A stretch of DNA of 64,000 nucleotides from Phaeosaccion multiseriatum (taxonomy: Eukaryota; Protista; Ochrophyta, other classes), in NCBI GenBank assembly GCA_965112735.1, contig OZ218952.1, positions 4,216,001 through 4,280,000 on the forward strand, written 5' to 3'. Position 1 is the first letter of the stretch. Every line of letters starts with the position of its first letter. Positions 36,942 to 48,740 of the stretch are shown here, piece after piece. The position numbers were made by a program, and so were the translations under genes. A model generated the notes under the pieces. It worked only from the letters and a program-made list of their open reading frames with translations. It did not search any database and had not been told where the DNA came from.

Positions 36942-39781
36942 CTCACTACAAGATGGGAAGACGTGACGCAGCGACGGGCAAGGCGGCGGATCCCCGGAGT
37001 GGCGACTCTGCTTCAGGGGTAGCAGGAGGGGGGGGGTCCTCGAGGGGGCGGGAGTGGGAGGAAGAGCTGAAGAAACGCTATGTGGAGGGCTTTACAGCTG
37101 CGAAGAGGGAGAAGAAGAGGAAGAAGGGGGCCCTCCCCACCGCAGAGGGAGGAGGAGGAAGAGCAGGAGGAAGAGCAGGAGGAAGAGCAGGAGCAGAGAC
37201 AACCACCACCGCGTCGGGGCAGGGTGCGAGGAAGGAGAAAGAGATCAAGAAGGGGGGGGGGGTTCCCCTCCCCCTCCCCGCAGAGGCAATCCCCGCAGAG
37301 GTAGCAGTAGGCACAGCGTTTGGGCGAAACGGAGAGGTGGGGCCGGGTGCGGTGGTCGGGCATGGCGCGGTGGTGGCTACGAGGTCGTCGTGGCTACCCC
37401 CCCCGCCTCCAATTCACACAAGCAGTGCAGCGAGTGGTGCTGCGAGAGCTGCAGTGAGTAGTGCACCAGAATGGCACCGTTCGCCTACTCACGGTGGTGC
37501 TCACGGTGGTGCTCACGGTAGTGCTCACGGTGGTGCTTCTCGCGGGGATTGGGGGCTGGACGCGGGAGGGGGGGTAAGGGGGATGAGGGGGATTGGGGCA
37601 GGGGTGGGCCCCATGGCGATGGAGATAGGGTTAGCAGGTGAGTCAGCACGTGGCTCGAGGCCGTCGCTCGATGGCAAACGCAAGAGCGTCGGCTTCAGCA
37701 GCAGCGTTGACAGTGTCAGCAGCAGCAAAGTCAGGGGTACTGGTAGTCATGGCCACCATCAGGGAGGCGGGGAGGGGAGCTTGAGAAGCAGCGTGCAGCA
37801 CGGCGGCGGCGGTGCCACGGCAAGAGGGGCGCCTGCGTTCGGCCATATGGACATGCTCGCGACGGCGGCGAGTGAAGCCAATAACGCGGAGGTGAAGGTG
37901 CGGCAGGAGCAGCCGGAGCAGCGGCGGGTGCAACGGCTGCGGCAGGCACAGCAGCAGCAGGTGACACTGATGCAGAATCCGATGGCAGTGGAGAAGCAAA
38001 GGCATCATTGCATAGAGCAGGGGAAGAGCAGAAGCCCCTCTGTGCTGCACGATGCGGCTCGACGGGGGGCTCTGCCCATCGTCCAAAGGCTGCTGAGCAC
38101 AAGGGAGGGAGGAGAGGGAGGCGCCGTTGAGAAGATGGAGGTGGACACAAGGGACAATGAGGGCAGCACAGCGCTGCACGTGGCGGCTGCTCTGGGGCAC
38201 GGCAAGGTCGTGGCCCTTCTTCTTAAGCACGGTGCGAATGTGGAGGCCATGGATGGGACGGGTTGGCGGCCACTCCACCACGCAGCCTCTGGGGGATGCA
38301 CCGCCGTTGTCGAGGTCTTGCTGGCAGCAGGCGCCAGTGTGCATGCAGTGGAGCGAGGCAGGGGTGAGACGCCGTTGATGAAGGCCAGGCGGGGAGGGCA
38401 CGTGGAAGCCATGCGCCTCCTCTCCCCTCCTTCTCTTCCGGCTGCTACTGCTGCTGCGGCTGCTTCTGGTGCCTCTGCCACTGCGACTACTACTGGTGCT
38501 GCTCCTGCTGCTCCTGCTGTTGCTGCCCCTGCTGCTGCTCCGCGCGCCACCAAGAGGCCGTGCTATGGTGCCCCATCCGCCAATGACGGTTATGCTAACA
38601 GTGCGAACAGTGGGAACACTTCCCCTTCGACCTCGACTTCGAGTACGAATGTAACTTCGACTCCCTCGAGTGTCTGTCTAGAAAAGAGGAACGATTTGCT
38701 GGAGATTATCATGACGTACAACGATTTGCTGGAGATTATCATGACGTACGTGGGGTCGGGCTGCTTCATCTTCGTAGCGCTGGTCAGCAGGCAGTGGAGA
38801 GAGCATTTCTCTTACTCTATAGTTGGGGGGTACAGCCTCTCAGTAGGGGGCAGTGGACAGCAGACCTCCACGATCACTACCAGCAGCGGTGAGACGGCTC
38901 AGATGAAGCGGGTGCGTCAACCTTGGACGTACCACCGCAGCGTGATTGAGTCCACCGAACGCTTGGCCTGGGCGAGGAGACAAGGCTATGAACTGTCTGA
39001 GGCCACCTTTCACACCGCCGTTCAGCATGGAGATGCGTCGGTGTGTGAGGCTCTCGTTGCGCTGGCCTGTCCGAGGAGTGACAACACTGCGCTGATTGAG
39101 TCGCTGGCAGCGCGGAACGAGCGGCATGGCATGAGTATCTTGAAGGTATTGGGAGGTGCGGACGGCAGCAGCAGGAGTAGTAGTAATGGTGGTGGTGGTG
39201 GTGGTGGTGGTGGTGGTGGTGGTGGTGGTGGTGGTGGTGGTGGTGGTGGTGGTGGTGGTGGTGGTGGTGGTGGTGGTAGTGGTCTTTCTGTCATGGACAG
39301 AGACACGGTTGCAATGGTCGAGACAGAGGAGGTGCTGCTTCCGCCTCCTTCCACTGACAGGGGCAGCGGCGGTGAGGGTGGCATCAGCAAAGGCAAGAGC
39401 AGCAACAACAGCGGCGGGGGGGGGACAAGTGAAATGCGTGCGGGCATGGGCAAGGGTAAGGACGAAGAGAAGGAGGTGGTTGGAAGGGAGGGTAAGGAGG
39501 CGAAGGCTGGGGCGGATGATGTGGGGGGTAGCGCAGCGGCCGAGGCTGTGCAAACGGCTCGGCAGCGTGTCAGGGAGGAGTCTTTGGGGCTTGCGTCCTC
39601 TCTTTTGAGCCTGGCAGCCCAGCAAGAGCGAGAGGGAAACTCTTCCAAAGCCCTGCCGCTGTATGAAGAGGCATTGGGCATACAGACGGGCCTGTTGGGG
39701 AATGAGCACGCGGAGACTGTGAGGGCGAAGGGCCTGTGGGGCAAGGCACACGGGATGGCCCGCAACATGGGCACCAGGTAA
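34528..39781 (+). CDS. Large protein (about 1470 aa): two copies of an unknown ~110-aa module, ankyrin repeats, an F-box-like/degenerate ankyrin region and a C-terminal TPR-like helix pair
   Basis: Exons 34528-34741, 35060-36414 and 36941-39781 are phase-matched. Ankyrin: STALHVAAALGH, RPLHHAASGG, ETPLMKA. TPR-like: ALPLYEEALGIQTGLLGNEHAET. The start codon is uncertain. Confidence 0.7.
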
Positions 39782-39943
39782 AAAGTAACCTTTTCTTCGG
39801 AATGGCTCTGGGAAATCTTCGCCAACTAGTACGTGTGGGGGAGAAGGAAGAAAAGAAAAAAGAAAGCCCAAACGCTTCGCCATTTGAAAGGGGTACCACC
39901 ACCTCTTTTGGATCCTTTCGATGTTTCTTCCTCTTTCTTTGTA

Positions 39944-42222
39944 ATGATTGCAACTTCTCTCTCGCAGCAAAGCTCTCTTTCACGCGTATCTGCATCTGCT
40001 GCTGTCACAATACTCGCAGCATCAGCGGCAGCAGCCGCCGGTGCCCCTCGTACCCTCCCGACTGCCTTTCTCCCCACCTTCTCCTCGTCCTTTCTCCTTC
40101 CTCCCCGCTTGAGGCAGCAGCATCAAGCTTCGCAGATTGATCGGCGGTCTCTACGAAGTTTTGTATCTCTGGAAGGAGCCCCACCAGCAGCAGGAGCAGA
40201 AGCAGGAGTAGAAATGGGGAAGAGGAAGAGGAAGAATAGCGAAGCTTTGCAGACGGTGTGCGACTTAATCCTCAGCGGCGAGTGCCGGAGCATTGTCTTC
40301 CTAACGGGGGCGGGAGTGAGTGTCTCAGCAGGTATGATACGATTTGCGTGCGTCCCGCCCTGACCGCAGACTGTGTGATGATTTCCCGTTGAAATCCATC
40401 TCGAAGGAAGAAGGGAAAAAAGAAGGGGGGAGGTTTTCTCACTGTTCAAGGCCTTGCTCTGCCGGCAGGTATCCCCGACTTCCGAAGCCCGGGGGGGATG
40501 TACGACACGCTCAGGCCCGAGCTGCTCACCGCCTCGGAGGAGGATCGAGACCTCATGCGGGTGGACCCAACCTACGTGGTGAGTGAGTGAGAGAGGGAGG
40601 GAGGGAGGGAAGGAGGAAGGGAGGGAGCGCGGGAGGGAGCGAGCGAGCGAGGAAGGGAGAGAGGAGGGGGGGGGGGGTCACGATACCCGACGTAAGCTTC
40701 GTCAGCCTATCATGAACCCCCTTCACCCCGTCCACTCCCTGTCTCCTCTTTGGTGTGTAGCCTGACCTTGCGGACTGCCGGCCCGGTTCCTCGTGATTCT
40801 CCTCTTAGACCTTCTCCTCGACCCGCTCGGCACCATTTTGTACCAACCTTTCCATGCTCTCTCTCTGTGTGTGTGTTCCACAGCTGTCGTGGGCCCTCTT
40901 CAGCCACAACCCTTTGTGCTACCTCGAGCTACGGCGTCCTTTCATCGTCGGCATAGGACAGAGCAAGTGGAAAGCGACGCTCTCACATAAGTTTATGAAA
41001 CTGTGTTTCCAGAAGCATGTGAGTAGTAGTGCGGACTCGCGTCCGTGCGTCGATGCTTATACTCAGCACTCCATCTACATCTCACTACTTTATCCACATG
41101 CTCACTACTCCACACATTCTGTGTTTCCAGAAGCATGTTAGTGTCTGCACTCGCTCGCTCTCTTCGCTCCCAGCCTTTATCGCACCACGCCATGCTTATC
41201 TGTCTGGGTTGTACGGAAGGTCCTTTCACTGTGCTCACTACAAGTGCCACTCTTTTTCTCTCCCACTCTCTCTTTCTCTCTTGCTCTTTCTCTCTCTCCC
41301 TGTGTCTTTATCTCTTGCACTCTCTTTCCGATTCTCTCCTCTGGCTCTACCTCTCTCTCTCTCTCCTCCCACTTGCCCTGACACTCCGACTAAAGCTGCT
41401 GAGGCGAGTGTACACACAAAACATCGACGGCCTCGATTTCCAACTGTGCGACAGCAGCAGCAGTAGTGATGGGAAAGAAGAGAGTCAAAGCCAGCTATCC
41501 CCACAGCGGCTGGAGCCAGGAGGCGGAGGGGGGCATTTACCTGCACATCTCATCGTGCCCGTTCACGGCAGCTTGGGCAGAGCCTCATGCGAGTTTTGTA
41601 AGGAGCCCTACCCCATGGCGGACTTTGAACACGTGAGTGAGAGAATAAGAGAGAGATGGAGAGAGAGAGAGAGAGAGATGGAGACAGAGAGAGACAGAGA
41701 GGGAGAGAAAGGGAGGGAAAGAGGAGGGGGGGGGAAGGGCGGGAGCAGGCAGAGAGGTAGAGAGCGAGGATGGATGTGTGAATGGTTGCGTGTGTCTGTG
41801 TGTGTGCGTGCGTATGAGAGAGGGGAGTTGCGGGCGTATGACGCAGGGGATGAGGGAGGAGTGAGAGAATGCGATGGAAGTGGACATGCATACCTCCAAC
41901 ATCCCCCTTCCTCCCCTCCTTTCTTACTTCGTTCCTTTCTTCTTTTCTTCCTTCCTTCTTTCCTCTCCTCCCCCCTCCCTCCCTCCCTCCCTCCCCTCCC
42001 TCCCTCCCTCCCTCCTTCCTTGTATGGCCTCTCTTCGGCCACCAGGAGGTGCGAACTTGTGTGAGGGACATTTACTCCAGAGACGGCAGTAGTGTGATCA
42101 AGAGCAAGGCCGTGGTGTGCAAGGCCTGTCACAAGGCAGGAGTCAAGCCAGACACCGTACTCTATGGCGCCCAACTACCAGATGCCTTTGAAGAAGGCAT
42201 CAGAGCAGACTTCTTCGGGCCC

Positions 42223-42253
<31 letters not shown>

Positions 42254-42627
42254 CTGCTGCTGTATCACCAACTCCTGCTGTTGCCGGTCGCAGTGTTGGT
42301 ACAAATGGTGTGAAGGATGCCGAGGATGGCGTCGCCTCCTCCGTGGCCCCCGCTCCAGTGGACCTCCTCATCGTCATGGGGACTTCTCTCACTGTAGGGC
42401 CTGCCAATCAAGTGGTACGAATGGTGCCTGACTCGTGCAAGCGCCTTGTCATCAATTTGGAGGAGGTGGGGCACGACCTCGGCATTCGGTACGACGATAG
42501 TACCCATGTCGATTTCGATGTCGATATCCGAGGAGGACGCGACTTTTTCTATCAAGGGGCATGCGACGACGGAGTGAGAGAATTAGCGGACAAGCTGGGG
42601 TGGGGTGAAGACCTCAATCGACTTTGA
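39944..42627 (+). CDS. NAD-dependent deacylase, sirtuin (class I, SIRT2/3-like); 5 exons
   Basis: GAGVSVSAGIPDFRS, YTQNIDGL, VHGS, CEFC...CKAC zinc site, VKPDTVLYG, MGTSLTV. The S/A-rich N-terminus may be a targeting peptide. Confidence 0.93.
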
Positions 42628-42986
42628 CGGACGGGATGTACAGTCTTGTGTGTCATTGGCATTGATGGATGAGGATAGAAATAAAGAGGTGGGGAAATGA
42701 GCATCTGCCACATGTACACACAAATACACGTACCTTTGTGAGATGCATCTACTTCATTTCCCCACGCTGTCTTTCAGTCTTGATCCATTCCATCCCTTTT
42801 CAATGCACTACAACACCACACGCTTTATTGGAGGTACTCTTTCCGGGGTCGGTGAAGTGAGTTGAACCAAGAGGTGGGGAGCTCTACAAAAGCCACGCAA
42901 TGGATGGAGCAGAGGCGACGAGTGCCCGACGTAAGAGAATGGCGCCTGAACTCCCCTTTCCAAATCAAATGTATCGTATGTACAAG

Positions 42987-44269
42987 TTATGTAATTACAT
43001 AAATGCGATGGTACTCAAAAGAGTTGTTGCCCACCCGTGTACCCATTCGAGCAGGATCGAGCAGGAGGACGGTACGCTGCTTGAGTCGACTATCGACTAC
43101 TTCCTGCGCGCCCTCCATCCCTGGAGTGCAAACGAGAGGAGAGCGTCTGAAGTATCTCAACTCGAGAAATGCCTCGGCCACACCCTCCCTACCCCGCAAG
43201 CGGCTATCGTCGGGGGCTGGGTGCGCACAGATCGCGGCAGTCTTCTTCACTCGTACATATCCCCTTTAGAGCCTAAGAGGTTTCGTGGATTGGCGGTGCC
43301 CTATCGTCGTTGCTCGCTCGGTGCCCGAGCCACACCGCATGCCACCCCGCATGCCCTGGCCTGCGGTAGGGAGAGCAGGATAAGATCAGCAACCATTTCA
43401 TTCACCGACTTTCGGTGGCTGCTGCTGCTCCAGTCCAGACTCACTCGTCACTCTCACGCCAAAGCCAAGAAACAAAGGAAACCGAAATGTACTGCCCTCT
43501 TCTTCTTCTTCTCCTCTGGCTGAAATCTCATCTACTAGTCGCTATAAATAGCTTGAGGGCGTCCTCGCTTTCCGTGGCAATTCTTCAAACCGTCTCAAGC
43601 TGAGCTCTCTGCCACTCGAGTTGTTTGTCCCAGTCTGCTTGTCCTGATAGCTCGTACCATCCAGCTTAGGGCCCCGGTAACTGCACCATATCGCACTCCA
43701 GCCACGATCAGCACCAGAGGGGTGGCTTTACCGGGGCGTGGTGGTCGGTGGTCGATGCTCGCTCAGGTACTTGGCATGGCGTGGCCCTCCTCATCATGCG
43801 CCTCCTTCTCCTACCATCATCATCGTCAATGGTCAGCGGCTACGGTTATGAGGTACCTTGAAGGATTCTGCCCATCGCTTCCGCTGCCCTTAGATGGGTA
43901 CCATACACACACCGAAATGGGATGGATAAAGGAGGGGTCATCTTCTTCGTCGCTTTCCTCCTCCTCGTCAGGCCCCTGGTCAACGTCGCTTGTACTCTCC
44001 ATCATCAGCTTCTTCTTCATCTTCTTCCTCGCCTTGGCCCCGCCTCCTTCCCCCTCCACGTGGAATATGATCACGTCGACATTCGACCCCTCCTTCTGCA
44101 AACGCCTTGCCATCTCCTTCCGCACCTTGCCAATAGTGACTGGATGGATGCGCAACAATAGCGTCTCCCGCCAGGTCCACTCTCGATCGTGGACCATGCA
44201 GTGCTGCTCCTCGGGCTTCAGCCTCACCACCGCCGCTCTCCTCACGCGAGGCTTCCGAAGGCTCGCCAT
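42987..44269 (-). pseudogene. Hypothetical or degenerate coding region
   Basis: ORF 44269-43826 looks protein-like and is followed by coding-like fragments in other frames broken by stops. No family recognised. Confidence 0.25.
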
Positions 44270-44537
44270 GGGAGCAGCAGCACAGGGAAATGGAGCGAGG
44301 ACAAAGGGGGAATCTAAAGTACAGTTTCGTTCCGACGGCGGGCGCAAAACTCAAAATGGCCTTTTCTTTCCCTCCCCTTCCCCTCTTCCCCTCCCTACTC
44401 CCTAGCCCCCCTTTTCTTTTATAGTGCAGCACACTACTTTTGCTTTCAATGAATTTCATTTTTTTTATCTTCTCCTCATTATATACCTAAGGGCGTAGGC
44501 TCATCGATGGCCTCATCTATTTCTCCCTTCCTTTTGA

Positions 44538-46824
44538 CTACGCGACGCTACCTTGGCGACTCGCACTCTTCGTTCCACGCCGCTCCTCCCCCTCCCTACC
44601 ACCGCCGCCAGCCACAAAGCTATCCTTACTAATACACTCCGCCATGAACATTGGCAAGTACAGCGCGCTGCTGAGGGGAAGGGGAGGCTCGGCCTGCTCC
44701 ACGCAGTGCGGGTGTGCCTGCTGCAGCACCGAGTGCACCTCCCTGGTGAAGATTCCCTTGTACACCTTGAAGTGGCGGTAGTAGCTGTTGGTGAAGTAGT
44801 CCACGATGGCCTGGGGGGAGGGGAGGGGAGGGCAGGGCAAGAGGAGAAACAAGGGGAGGGAGGGAGGGAGGGAGAGAAGGAAGGAGGAAGGGAGGAAGGG
44901 ACGGACGGTGGGAGGGAGGGACGGTGGGAGGGAGGGAGGGAGGGCAAAAACAGAGGCAAAGGAAAGAACGAAGGAAGGAAGAAAGGAAGGAAGGAAGGAA
45001 GGGAGGAAGGAAGGAAGGAAGGAAGGAAGGAAGGAAGGAAGGAAGGGCGTAGAGAAGTGTGGGATAGGGAGACGGGGTGCGAGGGGAGGGTCGTGAGCGT
45101 TGAGCTTGAGCAATGCGGCTTGTCCACGAAGTCCAACAAGTGAGTTATTACCCAAGCGATTAAGCACCAAGACACCAGGTTTCCGTTTTGAGGCTCTCCC
45201 CCACCCACCTTGGTCTCCTCCACTTCGAACACGCCTGTGCTCCAGGGGGGGCGCTCTACGCTGTGTGTCAGCAGCAGCTCCTTAAACTCACGGAAGGACT
45301 GCTCCACAGAGGTCTGCCCATCTCCCTCCAACATGTCCTGGGCAGTTGTAGGGTAGGGGGTCGGAATGGGGTGAGGTTGGGTGGAGTGGGTTGGATAGAA
45401 GAGGTTGGTTACGGCGAGGAGCAGCAGCAGCAGCAGCAGGAGGAGGAGGAGGAGAGATGCCATGCTGAAAAGCGGGACTACGAATGCCGATGTATGTCGA
45501 GTCTTCGCACGCACATCCTACCACAGCAGCACTGATCCTTACAGGCCGTAGTACAGGCGACTACATGCCAATAGGGCGCCTGGAACACACCCGCCCTTCT
45601 CTCACGTCAGATGTCAGGCCTGGGATCCTTACAAGGGGGATCAGCGAAGCTGGAACTGACTTCGGGCCTGAAACTTGACTGACCTGATCGAAGAGTTGCT
45701 TGGCGAGGGAGAGGAAGGTAGACGACTTTGTTGCGCAGAAGCGCCGCTCTTTGCAAAAGGCGTAATTGTAAAAGGTAAAGTCGAGCACCACCTTCACACC
45801 AAAGGAGGAGGGTGAGGAGCAGGAGCAGGAGGAGGAGGAGGAGAAGGAGGAGCAGGGGGAGGGGTAGGTTCAGAGGCAGAGAGAGAAGACAAAGGAAAGG
45901 AGAGACTGCATCAATGAGAGAAGGGGAGGGAGACAAACTGCTTGTTCGAGCACCACATCAACTCTCAAAGCACCAAGGAGAAGGGGGAGATGTCGGTCTA
46001 CTCATAGAAGAGTTGCCGCCGCCGTAGTAGCAGTAGCTGCTGCAACAACCCTCAGCACCGCGTCTCTCTCTCTCTCTCCGTCCGTGTCCCCCTCACCTGG
46101 TCTAAGCCTCTTTGGAACTCGTCGCTGTCGAGATCCTCTCCTGCCTCTGCTCGAATGGGTCCTGTTCTCTGCCCTGTCCTAGCAGAAGAGTCCACCTGCT
46201 GCACCTCGCTGCTCGGGGCAGGGTCGGTGCCACATGAGTCCGCGGACTTGCCCCAGGGAGAGGAGTCGGCCTGGCCCAAGTAGCGGCGCAGCAGGCTGTA
46301 CAGGGGGTGTGGCAAGGAGAGGGTCAGCGGTAGAGAGGTCAGCGGATGAGGAGGGACTGTGTATGTGTGGGTACGGGAGGCGAGAGTGGCTTTGGAAGTA
46401 GAGAAGGGTGATGGAAAGAGAGTCCAGGCTGCCGAGAGCGAGGCTCCCAGGGCGGGAGAGAGAGGGGTGGGGGGGAGGGGGCACAAGCGGCAAACCCACA
46501 CCCTTTGTTGCCCTTATCGCAGGCCCTGCGTATTGTTTGCTCGCCCGTCGGCAGCCTTCAAGAGCAGAAAGAGAGTCGAAGTCCTCCGCTGTGACAACCC
46601 GCGCCCACCCACTCACACTCACCCCTTGCATTGATGCGGGTCAAGCGCCGCCTCCAGCTGATCGAGCTGCTCCTTGGAGAAGTACTTCCATGTTAAACAT
46701 AATGCCTTGGAGGTAGGGGAAAAGGGAGAGAGAGCGTGAGCTGAGGAGAGCGGTGGATGGGGGAGAAGGAAAAGTTCTATGAGCAATTCTCCATAAGGTC
46801 TGAAGCCTGAGCCACCCTCACCAT
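44538..46824 (-). CDS. CFAP119: Flagellar central-pair C1a protein CFAP119/CCDC189 (C1a-32 family); 6 exons
   Basis: An ATG-only first exon (46824-46822) is followed by ALCLTWKYFS, VLDFTFYNYAFCKERRF...STFLS, FKELLLTHSVERPPWSTGVF and IVDYFTNSYYRHFKVYKGIF. Confidence 0.85.
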
Positions 46825-47266
46825 GTTCGCTTCCTTGTCGAGGCCTTTCGTTCTCTCGCTGCTATAGTGTGAGGGAGGAGGAGGGGAGGTAGGAGGAGGA
46901 ATCGAAATCAGTTACTTTTCGTTCGCATGCATACGTAGGCTTACGTAATTCAATACATGCTCCGTCCGCCCACTCTTTCCCTCCTTTCCTGTCTCCTGTC
47001 TACTCACTCTAGTAGTTTACGGCAGCAAGGGATAGCTACCCCTTCAGAAGAATCAAAGAGAGTTAGTGTGAGCATTGCTTCTTGGAGCGGCCTGTGGGAC
47101 CATCCTCGTGAACAGCTGGAGCTCTGTTTGCGTCCTGGGCTTTGTCCCGCTTTCGTCGCCCAAAGCCGCCAGCTCTGCAACAGCAGAGGAAGGGCCTGGA
47201 GGTTTCTCGTATTGGGGGCGTACTGTCTACTTGCCTGGCTGGTCCACCGGTGAAGAGGGACCAGCG

Positions 47267-48740
47267 ATGGCGGGGCTGCGAGCATGCCAGCAGCGGATGA
47301 CGAGTGCGCTTTGGAGGGGCGGGCGGGAGCGAGCTTTTGCAGCGGTATGCTCAAACTCTACACTCCCCTCCGCCAACGCATCGTCCTCATGCTCTCTAAC
47401 GACGAGGAATTATCTCACGGTCAGCAGCAGCAGCAGTAGTAGCCGTAATGTGGGTGGGAATAGGAGCCCGCAGAGACGAAGGACGAGGAGGCGGAACGAC
47501 GAGCCTGTCCCCGCTGCAGGAAGCCAAAGCCACTGCTATCAGTCAGCAGCTTGGGCGTCGTCGATACCACCGCCCGAAGCAGCGGCATTGCTGTCGGGAA
47601 CGAATGCATACAGAGGAGGAGTGATGCTTTCCGGTGCCCAAGCGAAGCGTGCAGGGCCCCAGTTGGAGCAGCGGAGACTCGCACGAAGCTTTAGTGCGTC
47701 CCCTGCTGCTGCCGCTGCTCCTGCGAGGATGGAGATGGATGAGGATGACAGGCAGCAACAGCTCAATTCCACTGGTAGCCGCACAGATGCGAAGGTCCCC
47801 GCTGCAGAGACTGCGGTTACGGCGTCAGCATCAACCGCGGCGGCTGTGCCTCCCGCATCAGGCCGGCGAAGGAAGCTCCGCCCCAGGCCGCCTCCTATCT
47901 CCCTGGTACGTGCTCTCTTCTGTAGCGAGTCGTGTGGCTCCGGCTACGCGTGGCAATGCGGCGCTGCATACCCATCACATGACCGATCGTAAGGAGGAAG
48001 CGGGAGGCTTCTCGTCGGCGATATCTCGAGACACTCACATCGTTTTGTTCCTCTCTCTCTCCCCCCTTCCCTCCCTCCCCTCTGTCCCGTTCCTCCCCCG
48101 CCCACCCATTTGCACAGACGGATGCCGCAGCCGCTCGCGTGAAGGAGCTCATGGCCTTGAAGCCAGGGGCGCAGGGGGTGAAGCTCGGAGTGAAGCGGAG
48201 GGGTTGCAACGGCTTCTCCTACGTGATGCAGTATCTGGAGGAGGGAGAGCAGCCCGACAAGGGCAGCGAGGAGGTGGCGGAGAAGTGAGTCGCCGGGGGG
48301 GGCGGCGGGAGATGGGGGGGGGTTGGATGCCCAACTGCAAGCGAGGGGCTGCGACTCTCGACTTTCCCCTGTTTCTTGTCTGCGGGAGTGGGAGAGTTCT
48401 GGGGTGTGCGAGTGGTGCCGAGAAGGCTCTCTCCCTTCTGCACCGCTCCTTTCTTACCCATCCCCGTCCTCCCTCCCCCCCCCCCTCCTCTTGCCGCTCT
48501 GTCTGCCTATCTGTCTTGTCTCCACTCTCCCCCCCTCTCTCCACTCCCTCTGTACTCTGCTCGTTCTGAACTCCCCCTACAACGAAAAGGGGTGTCCGTG
48601 TGTTTGTGGACAAGGCGGCAACGTTCTACATCGTGGGCACTGTGATGGATTGGGAAGAGACGGAACTGTCCTCAGAGTTCACCTTCACCAATCCCAATGC
48701 GAAAGGCTCTTGCGGCTGTGGAGAGAGCTTCAATGTCTGA
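47267..48740 (+). CDS. ISCA1: Mitochondrial A-type Fe-S cluster assembly protein; 3 exons
   Basis: Exons 47267-47905, 48118-48284 and 48590-48740. Motifs: SLTDAAAARV, GVKRRGCNGFSY, FTNPNAKGSCGCGESFNV*. R/S-rich presequence. Confidence 0.95.

Noticed and set aside
39770-39970. Possible splice fusion of the ankyrin/TPR gene to the sirtuin
   Set aside because: The candidate donor (AG|GTAAAA, phase 2) does not match the nearest good acceptor (phase 0), and each gene has its own stop or ATG.
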